Shown here piece after piece: positions 40,735-50,644 of a stretch of DNA of 64,000 nt. The stretch comes from a virus, in the IMG/VR virus record IMGVR_UViG_3300037083_000054, positions 1-64,000 of that record; one strand, 5' to 3'. The notes beneath the pieces are model-generated. The model was not told the origin of the DNA, searched no databases, and was given only the letters and a program-made list of their open reading frames with translations. Positions within the stretch are counted from its first letter, which is position 1, and the number at the start of each line of letters is the position of its first letter. The position numbers were made by a program, and so were the translations under genes.

Positions 40735-41171
40735 GATTCCCAGTGAAGGAAGAGCCTAACGATTTCACGAAAGACATAGACAAGCGACCAGACACCAATA
40801 GCGAACAGAACGAGGTCAGCGAGCAATTTCACGGGCTTTTTCATCATTCCTCCGCAATCATCAAAGCACGTCTCAAATCCACCAAATTAAAGAATTCGAT
40901 CGGCAACGATTCCGAATTGTGCGACGGAAACCATCGGATCTGAAATGCATCCCACATCACGCCAAACCGATCAATCCGTCTATCTCGACTGGCCAGATAT
41001 CGCATTAATGGAACGTCGTCTTGAGCCAGTAATCCTACTCGCAAATTCTTCACAGAAAACTTCCTTGTTTGATTTCGATGGTTTGTGCCCAGGGGATAAA
41101 CATTGCAATGCCGACTGCGGTCGCCATGAACATCACGGCGACGAGGAACGAAAAGAGATCCCGATGCCGTT

Positions 41172-41522
41172 TCATGCTTCCGACTCCGCTTCCAATATTG
41201 GCACGAAATCGTCGTCATCAACCATGTGTTCAAGCATGCTTGGTTTGCGACGGAAACTTTGAAACAGCAGCGGCGAATCTGGCGAACATGGAATCGGATG
41301 TCCGGGGATTACAAGATCGAACGACGGATGCCAGATCGTCGCCGTCAGCGTGCGATTCCATTGGCAGACATCCAAGGAAACGATATCGCATCCTTCTGGG
41401 ATCTCCTCCGTCACTGGCAATCCGTAGAACTCGTTCGGCTTATTGAACGAATTCAAAAGATTAATGAGGACGGAATAGCTGATGGCAATCTGTTTATAGC
41501 GTGGCTCACGTTCATACGACAT
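41172..41522 (-). CDS. Hypothetical protein
   Basis: AAGGA RBS; WHPSFDLV.PG..IP motif. Confidence 0.55.
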   Translation of the reverse strand: MSYEREPRYKQIAISYSVLINLLNSFNKPNEFYGLPVTEEIPEGCDIVSLDVCQWNRTLTATIWHPSFDLVIPGHPIPCSPDSPLLFQSFRRKPSMLEHMVDDDDFVPILEAESEA

Positions 41523-41537
41523 TGAGGCATTCCTTTG

Positions 41538-41789
41538 CTATTTTCGAGTGATGATCAATCGACCTGATGCGTCATATAACCTGACCACATTACCGGATTG
41601 ATTGGCATGACCAGTTTGGATGCCGCGTGCATTGTAGAATCGCGTGACGTTGCCGGATGTTGTCGAGCGACCGATAGGGATTCCAGATTGGGAATAGTAT
41701 CGGACCGTCTGCGATGGCTTGTCGGCAGCATCCACCGAATCCGCCGACAAAATGCACAATGAAATGATAGCCGCGAGCTGATAAATCAT
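41538..41789 (-). CDS. Small secreted beta-repeat protein
   Basis: Signal peptide then three RxYxxxG..xG repeats. Confidence 0.6.
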   Translation of the reverse strand: MIYQLAAIISLCILSADSVDAADKPSQTVRYYSQSGIPIGRSTTSGNVTRFYNARGIQTGHANQSGNVVRLYDASGRLIITRK

Positions 41790-42340
41790 GGTGCGGGCGT
41801 CCAGATTGGTGGAGTTGTGTCATCGGGCCAAAACGGAAGAATAAATGTCCCGACCGTCTTCCCTTTGACTTCCAAGTCCCGGATATCGGTCGATGGATTG
41901 GCGAGGGATGGATAACGGCAAATCAACTGAACGCGATTTTTGCGGCCCCATTCAGCGAAGTCACCCGCGAACGATGGTTGCTCCTGAATGAAGGAATAGA
42001 CCGTCTGTTCGACGAACTGCGAGATGGCTTGTCGGCGTTCCCGCATCTCATTCACGACCTCATCGCGAATCGCCGTCTCCCGTGCTTTCTCTGGAGCGAC
42101 TTTCTCCACGGCTTGCGAGAACACTTCGTCATACAGCGGCTCGGTATCGCGACAACGGTCCATCCAGCCGGATTCGACGTCGTATTGAACTTGCTCGCCG
42201 TGGCATTCGTAGGTCAGGAGGAATCCGGATTTTCCATCCCGAGTGACCGGAACAGTAAACGCTTTCGCAACCTTTACGCCGCACTTCCCGCAGCGAGGGA
42301 GAGCTTTGCAGTGTTGGACTTTCAGGACTTCGGGCATCAT
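41786..42340 (-). CDS. Hypothetical Zn-binding protein
   Basis: PRCGKC...YECHG; coupled. Confidence 0.55.
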   Translation of the reverse strand: MMPEVLKVQHCKALPRCGKCGVKVAKAFTVPVTRDGKSGFLLTYECHGEQVQYDVESGWMDRCRDTEPLYDEVFSQAVEKVAPEKARETAIRDEVVNEMRERRQAISQFVEQTVYSFIQEQPSFAGDFAEWGRKNRVQLICRYPSLANPSTDIRDLEVKGKTVGTFILPFWPDDTTPPIWTPAP

Positions 42341-42606
42341 TGTTCCTTGCTATCGAGGAGTTCTTGCAGTTTCCGAATCTCAGTGTTTTTCTCGCTGATC
42401 GTATCTTCGAGTTCAGCAACTTTGTCTTCCAGATGACATTTGTCCGAATCGAGAACCTCTTCCCGAGCTTCCGATTCTTCAAGCTTTGTCTCAAGAGTCT
42501 CGATTTCGTCTTCGAGATCCACGACATCTGATTGCAAACCGGAAATTCTCGCATTCTCAGCGGAGTCGTCTTCATAGTCCGCGATCAATCGCCGGACGAC
42601 TTCCAC
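42337..42606 (-). CDS. Acidic coiled-coil protein
   Basis: Heptad E/D/L-rich sequence. Confidence 0.55.
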   Translation of the reverse strand: MEVVRRLIADYEDDSAENARISGLQSDVVDLEDEIETLETKLEESEAREEVLDSDKCHLEDKVAELEDTISEKNTEIRKLQELLDSKEQ

Positions 42607-42709
42607 CGAATCGGTCGATCATGATTCAGATCGTCGTCGATTCCCATTCTCTCGAATTCGGAGAGCTGGCGAGATCGGACGGAATAGTCAACGCTCATCG
42701 GAGATTCCT

Positions 42710-43030
42710 TCAGTTAAGAGTCGCACGTCGTTTCATGAGTCCATCCGCAATATGTAACGCGATGAACTCGTGGGTCAATTTAATGAGCGGCTGAGAGAAA
42801 TCCGCCTTGCAATATTGGATTTTCTCGGCATCCGTCATGCCTGCACATTCTCGGATCAATGTCGCGAGATAGAACTCGACGAAGACGGTTGCGAGGACTC
42901 CCGCCATGATCGGTTCGACATTGGCATGGAAATTCGCGACTGTGACGGAAATCGACGATTTGAGCTTGTCGACTTGATCCGTGGCTTGTTCGACCAATTG
43001 CGGGTTGGTTTCGTTCAGATAGTGAATGAA
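42710..43030 (-). CDS. Hypothetical protein (start uncertain)
   Basis: Coupled - strand run. Confidence 0.45.
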   Translation of the reverse strand, partial: FIHYLNETNPQLVEQATDQVDKLKSSISVTVANFHANVEPIMAGVLATVFVEFYLATLIRECAGMTDAEKIQYCKADFSQPLIKLTHEFIALHIADGLMKRRATLN

Positions 43031-43849
43031 TGACACGATTATTCCTGTTTCTGAATCTCTTCAGTATGCCACCACTCTCGAATCAATTGATCGCCGCTTC
43101 GACGGACAACATAGAATCCTTTTGTCGAATTGTAGGGTCCGACAATCAAACCTTTGATTCCGGTCAGATGCGTGACTTCGCCTTCGATTCGATGATAGGA
43201 CGATTCATTCCAAGTTTCCGGAGAAGGATCAATCAATCGAATTTCTTGAACCACAGGTGAAGTCAACTGAATCTCTCCCGAGAAGAGATACCAGATGCCT
43301 AAACCGATGATGGCAAGCGAAAAACCGATTTCAGCATTGCTGGGCGAAGTTCTCATCTCGGATTCCAATCAGTTTGAAGCCGCTCGCCGTTTGTCAATAA
43401 ACGCATCAATCGCAGCCGTTGCTGCATCCCAAATGCGACCGACGATTTCCACTCGCTGTTTGCTCATCGCCCAACCACTGAAGTTCCTCGGGCGTGATTT
43501 CCAGCCGCATCATTAAGATCTCTTGGAGAGCGAGATCACTCAAGACGATCGCCGTGCAGTGATTGCAGAGGTCGTGTACTTCGACGAGTTCTCGAATATC
43601 TTCTGCCAACGCCTCCATGTTGATGGCGTTTTCTTCGCTGTTTTCGTGGTTGTGACTTTCCATTCATCCTCACCCATTATCGCCGGAGATTCGTTGACTA
43701 TTCGGATAACGCGAGAACATCATCGTCAGATCATGATTTTTATCGGAATTCTGGCAAAAAACAGGAAATCGCATCCATTCAGATCACGACCATCTCTCGC
43801 GGGCGACGGATGCCGTTTTTCGCGAAAATCATCTATGCCCCTCGAAAAA

Positions 43850-43870
43850 ATAAATAAGCCGCTTATTTAG
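43850..43870. promoter_or_regulatory. Palindromic operator copy 4
   Basis: ATAAATAAG-CCG-CTTATTTAG between terL and the downstream - strand run. Confidence 0.8.
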
Positions 43871-43890
43871 TTGTCCAGTTGTTTGTCCAC

Positions 43891-45852
43891 CTATCGTCGG
43901 CTTCCTGGAATATTGTCGCGACCGCCTCGAACCCGACGTTTTGGCTGATTGAACTTATTGCTCTCGATTTGAACGCTGCCTTTTGAGTGCTGATGGGCCA
44001 TGGTTGACGGCGTCAGACCTCGCGTGCTGGCTTCGGAGAAAAGCCCGTATCGCATGCAATCGACCGCGTCATCGTCAATTTTGACGGGATCAGCACGGAC
44101 GGCTGGCGAGTTCACGTTGGTTGTCAGTTGTTTGTGTCGATGGTAATTCACAAAGTTCCGGCAGAGATTCGGACACTTCTCGCGGACGACTTTCAGGCGA
44201 GATTCGACCGGGAGATCGGGAGCCAGTTGAAATGTCGGCTTCAGTAGATAGCGAACATATTCGATCCCCTCCTCGACATTGTCCTTTTTCGCAAGCTGGA
44301 GACTTGGAGCGTCGTATTCGCCATCAGGGAATTCTTCGCTGACCGTGTACTCGTTGACTTTGCCGAGCGTTCGAACCGCATCCAAATCATGGTCGCACCA
44401 TGTCACGCCGTAGTTTGGATTCCCTTCCGGCCACCAATGCATATCCGCGATTTCCTTCCAATGGTCAATCACGGTCTTCGAGGCATCGTTCGAATAGTAT
44501 TCGTCGTAGATCCACACGCGACCTCGTTGATCGAAGCAGAAGAATAAGCAGACGAAAGCGTGATCAATCGAGAATCCGAAGTCGATCGCTCGCACATGGA
44601 ATAGACCTGATGGCGGCTCCCATCCTTCCGGTGTGCAGTGAATGTTCGGGTTCCATTCGGGATAGACCGCTCCTTCGAAGTTGCCCCATAAGCCTTGTTC
44701 GCGGACAGGCTTCATTGAGTCGGGGACCATGCCGAAAAACTGGTGATACCATTGTTCTGAGATATGGCCCGCTTCCATTGCACAGCGGGTATTGCAGCGG
44801 AAGATGGCCGAGTCGGCGGGGATGTCGCCTTTTTCTTCCATTTCTCGCAATGGCATTGAAAGCGATGGGTCGACCGGCGTGAACTCGACAAGCTTGTTGC
44901 CGGTGAATGAATACTCGCGACAACCTCGCATGACTTCTTCGAGAATGCCCCACGGGAACTGTTCAACGAACAGGAAGCCGCCGATTGATTCGGCCTGCAT
45001 ACTCGCTCGGCCTTGCTCGTAAGACTTGAAGCAAAGCAGCCAGTTCTTGCCGGGTCGATTTGGCCATGACTTCAATGGAACGCTGTAGGGCCAATCCATG
45101 TTTGGCTTGTACCACTGGATACGTGGCCAGTCGATGTCGTTCGGATGGATGTGCCCTTTCTGATGAAGCTTTTCTTTCCAACATGCATTCATCACCATTG
45201 AATAGCTTTGGCTGATGAGCCAAAACGGCGTGTCTCGGCGTGGTGGTGGAGTCTTGTTGATAAACCGCATCATTTTCGCCAGACCGAGCGTCGTCGTCCC
45301 TGAATTGTGGTGATAGATGCCTTCCATCCAGTAGTTTTCATAGATCGGGACGTGAAAGTCCCAATAAACATCCCTACGAACAAAGCAATGAGCTTCGACG
45401 TAAGCGACTTTACCATCGGCCTGAATTAGTCTCACATCGCCATCCGCAACCACATCCCGCATCGTCATCCAGCCATATTCGGTGAAGACTCGATGATCGA
45501 GAGTGACGCAAAAAACATTTCCGTCTGAATCGCCAGAAAGCAGAAACTCGCAGAGATCTTCCGTTCCACAGGCATGCGGCTGTTCGGCTAATGCGATGAC
45601 GCGATTGCCAGTGAATTCGTCGATCGACCAGACGTGGAATGGGCCGGGGATCGAGTCTATGCGGCGAGAGACGTCCAGAATCGGATCATAGATTTCTTGC
45701 TCGGCAGCCGCGCATCCGTTGCCGCCAAGGCAGTACTGGATACCAGATAATTCAGACTCATAGAACGCCGTCTGCATATCATTTCGTTCAGGCTGATCAG
45801 GCCGAGGCTTGAAATGAAAGCATTCGAGTTCTTGAATTCTGGAGAGCGACAT
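43891..45852 (-). CDS. terL: Terminase large subunit containing an intein
   Basis: P-loop GGNG|SGTT, FKSYEQGR..MQ, FTP, nuclease RAIDFG...IYDEYY...DDAVDCMRY. Confidence 0.85.
   Translation of the reverse strand: MSLSRIQELECFHFKPRPDQPERNDMQTAFYESELSGIQYCLGGNGCAAAEQEIYDPILDVSRRIDSIPGPFHVWSIDEFTGNRVIALAEQPHACGTEDLCEFLLSGDSDGNVFCVTLDHRVFTEYGWMTMRDVVADGDVRLIQADGKVAYVEAHCFVRRDVYWDFHVPIYENYWMEGIYHHNSGTTTLGLAKMMRFINKTPPPRRDTPFWLISQSYSMVMNACWKEKLHQKGHIHPNDIDWPRIQWYKPNMDWPYSVPLKSWPNRPGKNWLLCFKSYEQGRASMQAESIGGFLFVEQFPWGILEEVMRGCREYSFTGNKLVEFTPVDPSLSMPLREMEEKGDIPADSAIFRCNTRCAMEAGHISEQWYHQFFGMVPDSMKPVREQGLWGNFEGAVYPEWNPNIHCTPEGWEPPSGLFHVRAIDFGFSIDHAFVCLFFCFDQRGRVWIYDEYYSNDASKTVIDHWKEIADMHWWPEGNPNYGVTWCDHDLDAVRTLGKVNEYTVSEEFPDGEYDAPSLQLAKKDNVEEGIEYVRYLLKPTFQLAPDLPVESRLKVVREKCPNLCRNFVNYHRHKQLTTNVNSPAVRADPVKIDDDAVDCMRYGLFSEASTRGLTPSTMAHQHSKGSVQIESNKFNQPKRRVRGGRDNIPGSRR
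45304..45714 (-). mobile_element. Mini-intein (137 aa) in terminase P-loop
   Basis: CAAAEQEIYD..., TLDHRVFT..GW, YWDFHVP.YENYWMEGIYHHN followed by +1 Ser. Confidence 0.9.
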
Positions 45853-45990
45853 CCGTGTCCATTCGGTGAGTTGGCGTCATTGCCACTATTTACTTTAACG
45901 ACGGCACTTCTGTTTAGCCATCACTATCAAAGCAAAAGCGACAGTAGAGGGGAATCTCTGTCGCTTTCACGGAACGGCTCAACGCCGATT

Positions 45991-46869
45991 TTATGCCTGC
46001 GGGATGTCTTCGATGATCACTCCGCTCCATCCGCATGCGACTTCCACTTCGAACTGATCGAAGACGGCGATGTTCTCGCCATCAATCTCGACACGAAGAT
46101 CATTCGCTTTGTTGATGCGAAGTGCAATCGTTGACCGCGTTGACTTATCAGTTTCTGACGGAGTTTGTCGGCAGAGAACCGCAACTGCATTCGTCGGGAA
46201 TGTAAACTCGGCCTTCATTCCAGTCAGAGGAGACTGGCTCACAGTGATCGAGTCTTCAATCACCACGGGCGAATCGTCAATCATTGTGGGGCAGTCGTAT
46301 TGCTCATCGCGTGGATAGATACCGACAGTCCACGGGCATTCGCCAATCCGCTTGGCCATTCCCGGACTCACGATCACCGTCAGGTCTGGCAATTCGATTC
46401 CAACCTTCTTTGCAACACTCTTTCGATCATGCTGCTTTGAAATCCGCGAAATCTGGCGGCGAATCTGTTCGAACAAAGTATTCGCGGGGACTTCCTCCCA
46501 TGCCGCCAATGACAGTCGAGAAATCGCGGGATCGCTTTTCAGTTTCTCAATCACGGCTGATGTTCGGACTGACATCGCGAGTTGAGCCAATGCTCGCACA
46601 CGCCTCTCGATCTCGTCGGGATCTTTCGATTTGCAGATATCGGTATGCTTCCGCAGAATTCCGCCGCTCTCGATCGGGACAATTTCCACATAACGATTCA
46701 GGGGGAAGTCTTCCGTGTTTCGACTGAAGTCTTTCAGCAGATGCTGCGTTAGTGCATCGTCTCGGAACGACACATTCGAAAGCGTGTTTGCCGTGGCATT
46801 CCGCTGGACAATCCAGCCAAGTCCAAGCCATCCAAAAACAGTCGTCAAAATTGCAGTGCGTCGGTTCAT
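45991..46869 (-). CDS. Hypothetical protein with twin-arginine-like N-terminus; possibly capsid-related
   Basis: MNRRTAIL...FGWLGLG; body recalls major-capsid-type sequences only weakly. Confidence 0.45.
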   Translation of the reverse strand: MNRRTAILTTVFGWLGLGWIVQRNATANTLSNVSFRDDALTQHLLKDFSRNTEDFPLNRYVEIVPIESGGILRKHTDICKSKDPDEIERRVRALAQLAMSVRTSAVIEKLKSDPAISRLSLAAWEEVPANTLFEQIRRQISRISKQHDRKSVAKKVGIELPDLTVIVSPGMAKRIGECPWTVGIYPRDEQYDCPTMIDDSPVVIEDSITVSQSPLTGMKAEFTFPTNAVAVLCRQTPSETDKSTRSTIALRINKANDLRVEIDGENIAVFDQFEVEVACGWSGVIIEDIPQA

Positions 46870-47074
46870 GTTCGATTCGCTCCATTTCGTTCAGATTCGG
46901 AAATCGCATCAATCCACTTCATATCATAATCCCATTCCTCGCACAAATAATCAACGGAATTCAAGAGAACCGGATCGAGGGTGCCGCGAGGAAGGCGGAT
47001 GATTCCGCCATGATAATCCACATGATTCTTGATCAGGATCTCAATTGCTTCGGCATCGGATTCAAAAGGCTGGC

Positions 47075-47341
47075 TCATGACTTCTCCCTGAATTCCACAA
47101 TCAAATCCTTTCCCAATCCAAACGCGATTTTCTTCAGCGTCAGCAATGTTTGCGTGTTCGACTTTGCGTCTTCCAGCGAGGAAATTGTTTGTTGACGCAC
47201 GCCACCAAGTTCCGCGAATTGCGTTTGATTCAAGCCACTGGCATCTCTCAGAGCCATGACTTGACGTGCGATATTGGCGTCGATGGCAGCGAAGAAAGCT
47301 TCGCGAGCAGTCGCTTCGGGATCTTCCATGATCACTTTCAT
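47075..47341 (-). CDS. XRE-family HTH regulator
   Basis: LRDASGLNQTQFAELGGVRQQTISSLE...TLLTLKKIA. Confidence 0.85.
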   Translation of the reverse strand: MKVIMEDPEATAREAFFAAIDANIARQVMALRDASGLNQTQFAELGGVRQQTISSLEDAKSNTQTLLTLKKIAFGLGKDLIVEFREKS

Positions 47342-47431
47342 TCAAAAACAGGACTGCCGATCGGGATTCCACCGATCACCAACAATTTTTGTAGCTGGCA
47401 GTCCATTTACGGCCCGGCAGTCCCGTATATG

Positions 47432-47713
47432 TCACACAATCACAATCTCTCTTGTCGGCGTCGGAAGCCCGCGAGGATCTCCATCGTCAGCCGCAAACCA
47501 TCTCAAATACCATATATTTCCGCGTCTCGATTTCCACATCTTTCCGGGATAGACGCCAGATGGTGTCGATGTGGAATACTCAGCGAGGTTTTTGAATAGT
47601 TGTTCGGTCATCATTGCACAGTTATCGTCGATAAGAACCTGTCTTGAATCCGGTTGACGCCATCCGCGTCCAAGAGGATCTGTAATGGGCGGAATAATAT
47701 TTTCGTGATTCAT
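47432..47713 (-). CDS. Conserved phage hypothetical protein
   Basis: ITDPLGRGWRQP...L.EYSTSTPSGVYPGKMWK. Confidence 0.65.
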   Translation of the reverse strand: MNHENIIPPITDPLGRGWRQPDSRQVLIDDNCAMMTEQLFKNLAEYSTSTPSGVYPGKMWKSRRGNIWYLRWFAADDGDPRGLPTPTREIVIV

Positions 47714-47792
47714 GACAACAACGCTTCCGCCAGAGGATCATTCGTCTCGTCAATCTCATTCATCACAGCCCAAGCCGATACGCCGAATGGCA

Positions 47793-47877
47793 CTAGGATA
47801 AGGGAACTGCTCCCGAAGCAAGCTTTCGATGGTACGTATTTCGTGGCCGCGACATCATATCTTTCCAGCCTTCGCGT
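47793..47877 (-). pseudogene. C-terminal fragment of IS4 transposase
   Basis: ...DMMSRPRNTYHRKLASGAVPLS* with the stop inside the TIR, as is usual for IS4 members. Confidence 0.65.
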
Positions 47878-48062
47878 GGCTTTGCACGTTTAATCCCGAA
47901 TAAAAGTGCAGACGGACCCGAACGGCGAATTAAACGTGCATGCCAAAGGATCTGACAATTGGCGATTATCCGGATTATTTCATTGAAGTTTCTGAATTTG
48001 CAACAGACGTTTTCGCTGCGGCCTTCGCGGCTTTCATGGCTTTAATCTTTTCTCGATACCAG

Positions 48063-48467
48063 TCAGGTATCTTGTGCGTCGTCACAGGCGGAAAGGGAAT
48101 CGTTTCTTTTGAGCAGATGCTTTCTGAGACTGGAAATTCTTCGAAAACGAGCTCCAAACTCCCATTCACCAGTTTTAATGTCCAGTGCGACATAATTCAT
48201 CTCTTCGGTTTCGCAGTGATCAAAATATCGGAGCAGTTCGTCTAAGTCCTTGATGGCAGCAGGTTCATATGTGCCGACAGTTGTCCATTCGTCACGCTCG
48301 GCGATGAATTGCTTTGCTGCCATCTCGCTGGAAAACAATGGAGCGGCATTTTGGATCTCTTCTGGCGAGAGAACAGCCAATATCCCCCTCCATCCCGCGA
48401 CAATATCGACAGGAATCCAAATAGGATACGTAATGTCGATATCATCGTTTTCATGGATTGATTCCAT
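48063..48467 (-). CDS. Tn-B cargo, hypothetical protein
   Basis: Start preceded by GGGAG inside conserved hairpin. Confidence 0.6.
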   Translation of the reverse strand: MESIHENDDIDITYPIWIPVDIVAGWRGILAVLSPEEIQNAAPLFSSEMAAKQFIAERDEWTTVGTYEPAAIKDLDELLRYFDHCETEEMNYVALDIKTGEWEFGARFRRISSLRKHLLKRNDSLSACDDAQDT

Positions 48468-48579
48468 TATGCGAACTCCCGATTGACTACGTACCGGGAG
48501 TTGCTACCATGCCATCGCCATAACCGCATGGTTCTCCCAGAGAACAAAAGAACGCCAGCAATCCCCATTGCTGGCGTTT
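48468..48579 (-). ncRNA. Conserved four-hairpin inter-cargo element (copy 1)
   Basis: Colinear homology with 56008-56121. Confidence 0.6.
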
Positions 48580-48618
48580 ATCATTTTCCAAGATTCATTC
48601 TGAACTGCAATGGCAGAT

Positions 48619-49125
48619 TCAGATTGATCTCTCGGTCTCAATTTTGACTGTCGACATCGTTGCCCAGACCATCAACAAGATCCATACGATGCCGGTCCAC
48701 GCCAAACAGAAGTTCAGAATCAGGATCGGAACCAGATTCCGATGTGCTCGTAAATAGGCGATTATGGACGGCAAGAAATGCAACAAGATTAAAGCAACAA
48801 TGGCAACTGATCCAAATGCCGCGAAAAACACGGCGCGAATTTTGTCGTCGGCCAATGTCTTATTGTTCGCAAAAATCCCCACGCACATTACGACAAACAA
48901 GAGTGCAGTAAGAATCGCAGAGCCAATGACGATAATTTTCCCTTGTCCGTTCTTCGTCCAATAAACTGAAGAATGATCCGATTTCTGGATGATAATTGGT
49001 TCTTCTTTGTCGGCATCACACCTTGGACACACGGTCATTTTCGATGTGTTTGCCGTTGCCGGTATTGCGTAAACTTTACCGCACGACGGACAGGTCCATT
49101 TTTGACGTGACGCACCTGAAGACAT
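48619..49125 (-). CDS. Tn-B cargo, Zn-ribbon membrane protein with superinfection immunity (T4 Imm-like) domain
   Basis: WTCPSC..CPRC; HFLPSIIAYLRAHRN..PILILNFCLAWTGIVWIL.MVWA. Confidence 0.8.
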   Translation of the reverse strand: MSSGASRQKWTCPSCGKVYAIPATANTSKMTVCPRCDADKEEPIIIQKSDHSSVYWTKNGQGKIIVIGSAILTALLFVVMCVGIFANNKTLADDKIRAVFFAAFGSVAIVALILLHFLPSIIAYLRAHRNLVPILILNFCLAWTGIVWILLMVWATMSTVKIETERSI

Positions 49126-49158
49126 GATCTCTCTTTCGTCGTGTTGAGTGTTGAGCAG

Positions 49159-49215
49159 AAAAGACGCATCGGATGCTTGTAAGACTACCGATGCGTCTTG
49201 CTGAGATTCAAGCGA
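49159..49215 (-). terminator. Transposase terminator overlapping a putative cargo promoter
   Basis: AAGACGCATCGG/CCGATGCGTCTT hairpin with U tail on - strand; TTGAAT-N18-TAGTCT. Confidence 0.6.
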
Positions 49216-49220
49216 TGCGT

Positions 49221-50438
49221 TTACTTCGCGAATGCAGGTTCGATACCTAGTTCGTAAAACTCACTGATTAGGCAGCAGATGTTATGTGCCAAAACCTTAC
49301 ACAGAACTTCGTTTTTCATGGCGATTTCGGTCTTGCTGCGAACTGAATCTCCGAACTTGCGTTTTACCATTGAGAATGTGGATTCAATGTTACTCCGCTT
49401 GTGATACGACTGAAGAAACTCCTCACGGTACAAGCTGAAGAAATGAAATGCCTTGCCAAACAATCCACCGATGCCGCCTGTAGTTCCCGAACGAAACGTG
49501 ATGTATGGCTCGGCCCCGAGAGCATTGATGGCTCGGAAGTTCGATTCGCTCGCATACTGAGTGTCGGCACTCACTTCCTTAACGTCGAAATTCTTTGCGG
49601 TTGTCTGCATGAGTGCTGGCAGAAGTGGTGAATCATTCGCGTTGCGGTCAAGGATTTCCACAGCCGTGATGACATTCGTTTTCACCCCGCACACGGCATG
49701 CAGCTTGACCCAAGTATGCTCAGTCCTGACTTTTCCATATTTATGATCGAACCATCTAATGAACTTCGACGATGTGAAACCTGATGAATCAACCGCAAAA
49801 TCGGTTTCAACGCTTTTGAGCGGCAAACTGGATGTCTGGATCAATTGAACAAGATGTTCCGTCATTTCTTCATCTTCTAGCGCAGTGCTGATCGCATTGA
49901 AATGCGGTGTTCGTTCGATATACCCCTTGTACTTCGCATCGTCCAGATCGCACATAAATCTTCTCTGGCTGACAGTGCTGTAAACCTTGAAACAGGCCAT
50001 GAATATGCAGTCAGACATGGGAATTCGTGGGCGACCGCGTCCAGGCGTCGCTAAGGGTGCCTTGACGTTGTCGCACAGCGATCGCAATAGCGACTGAAAG
50101 TGATCTTTCTCGCTCGTCTGCGCCTGATTGTATTCCGCCCACATTTGAGGATATGTCGGACGTTTGACGGTCGTAGAAATAGTCACTTCCTCAGTCGTTG
50201 TCTCAGTGCCGTCCGCGTTCTGCTCGCGTTTGATGACATATCGGACGGCGTAAATGTGCTTGCACTCTTGACCACGTTTTTCGAAGTCCGGGCAATTGCA
50301 ATAGGGCGTTTGCTCATCTGCCACGACGGTGTATTTGCCTTCGCCTGTCTGACTGGGGACGATCCACACTTGTCCTTTTTGCACAATTCGACTTCCGGCA
50401 GCGATCGTAGCACCACGTTGTTCTCTTGCTTCGCACAT
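49221..50438 (-). CDS. DDE transposase with SWIM Zn finger (homolog of 29270 gene)
   Basis: MCEAREQRG start aligns with MDAREQRG; CNCPD..CKH; AVDSSG, SADTQY, YHKRSNIESTFSMVK. Confidence 0.9.
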   Translation of the reverse strand: MCEAREQRGATIAAGSRIVQKGQVWIVPSQTGEGKYTVVADEQTPYCNCPDFEKRGQECKHIYAVRYVIKREQNADGTETTTEEVTISTTVKRPTYPQMWAEYNQAQTSEKDHFQSLLRSLCDNVKAPLATPGRGRPRIPMSDCIFMACFKVYSTVSQRRFMCDLDDAKYKGYIERTPHFNAISTALEDEEMTEHLVQLIQTSSLPLKSVETDFAVDSSGFTSSKFIRWFDHKYGKVRTEHTWVKLHAVCGVKTNVITAVEILDRNANDSPLLPALMQTTAKNFDVKEVSADTQYASESNFRAINALGAEPYITFRSGTTGGIGGLFGKAFHFFSLYREEFLQSYHKRSNIESTFSMVKRKFGDSVRSKTEIAMKNEVLCKVLAHNICCLISEFYELGIEPAFAK

Positions 50439-50442
50439 GACT

Positions 50443-50558
50443 TGCCTCTTTTTCTGTTGAGGCATTCCCGATAGAATCGCAATTGCTATGTCGCGGATTG
50501 GCGGGAACGCCAGTTTGTGATTCGCCCCGGTTTCGATTCGCAGTCGATTCCGGGTTTT
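50443..50558 (+). ncRNA. Structured transposase leader / putative antisense RNA (copy 2)
   Basis: TGCCTC/GAGGCA RBS hairpin, GGCATTCCCGATAGAAT..GCGGGAACGCC, terminator hairpin 50526-50558. Confidence 0.65.
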
Positions 50559-50571
50559 CCTTACGCATAGT

Positions 50572-50638
50572 ATTGTACGGACATAATTATCGGAAGTCAA
50601 TAAGAAACCATTGACAAAAATAATTTTGTCCGTACACT
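50572..50638. promoter_or_regulatory. Divergent sigma70 promoters with operator inverted repeat
   Basis: - strand TTGACT-N17-TACAAT; + strand TTGACA-N16-TACACT; TGTACGGACA / TGTCCGTACA overlap both -10 boxes. Confidence 0.8.
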
Positions 50639-50644
50639 TCCAGC

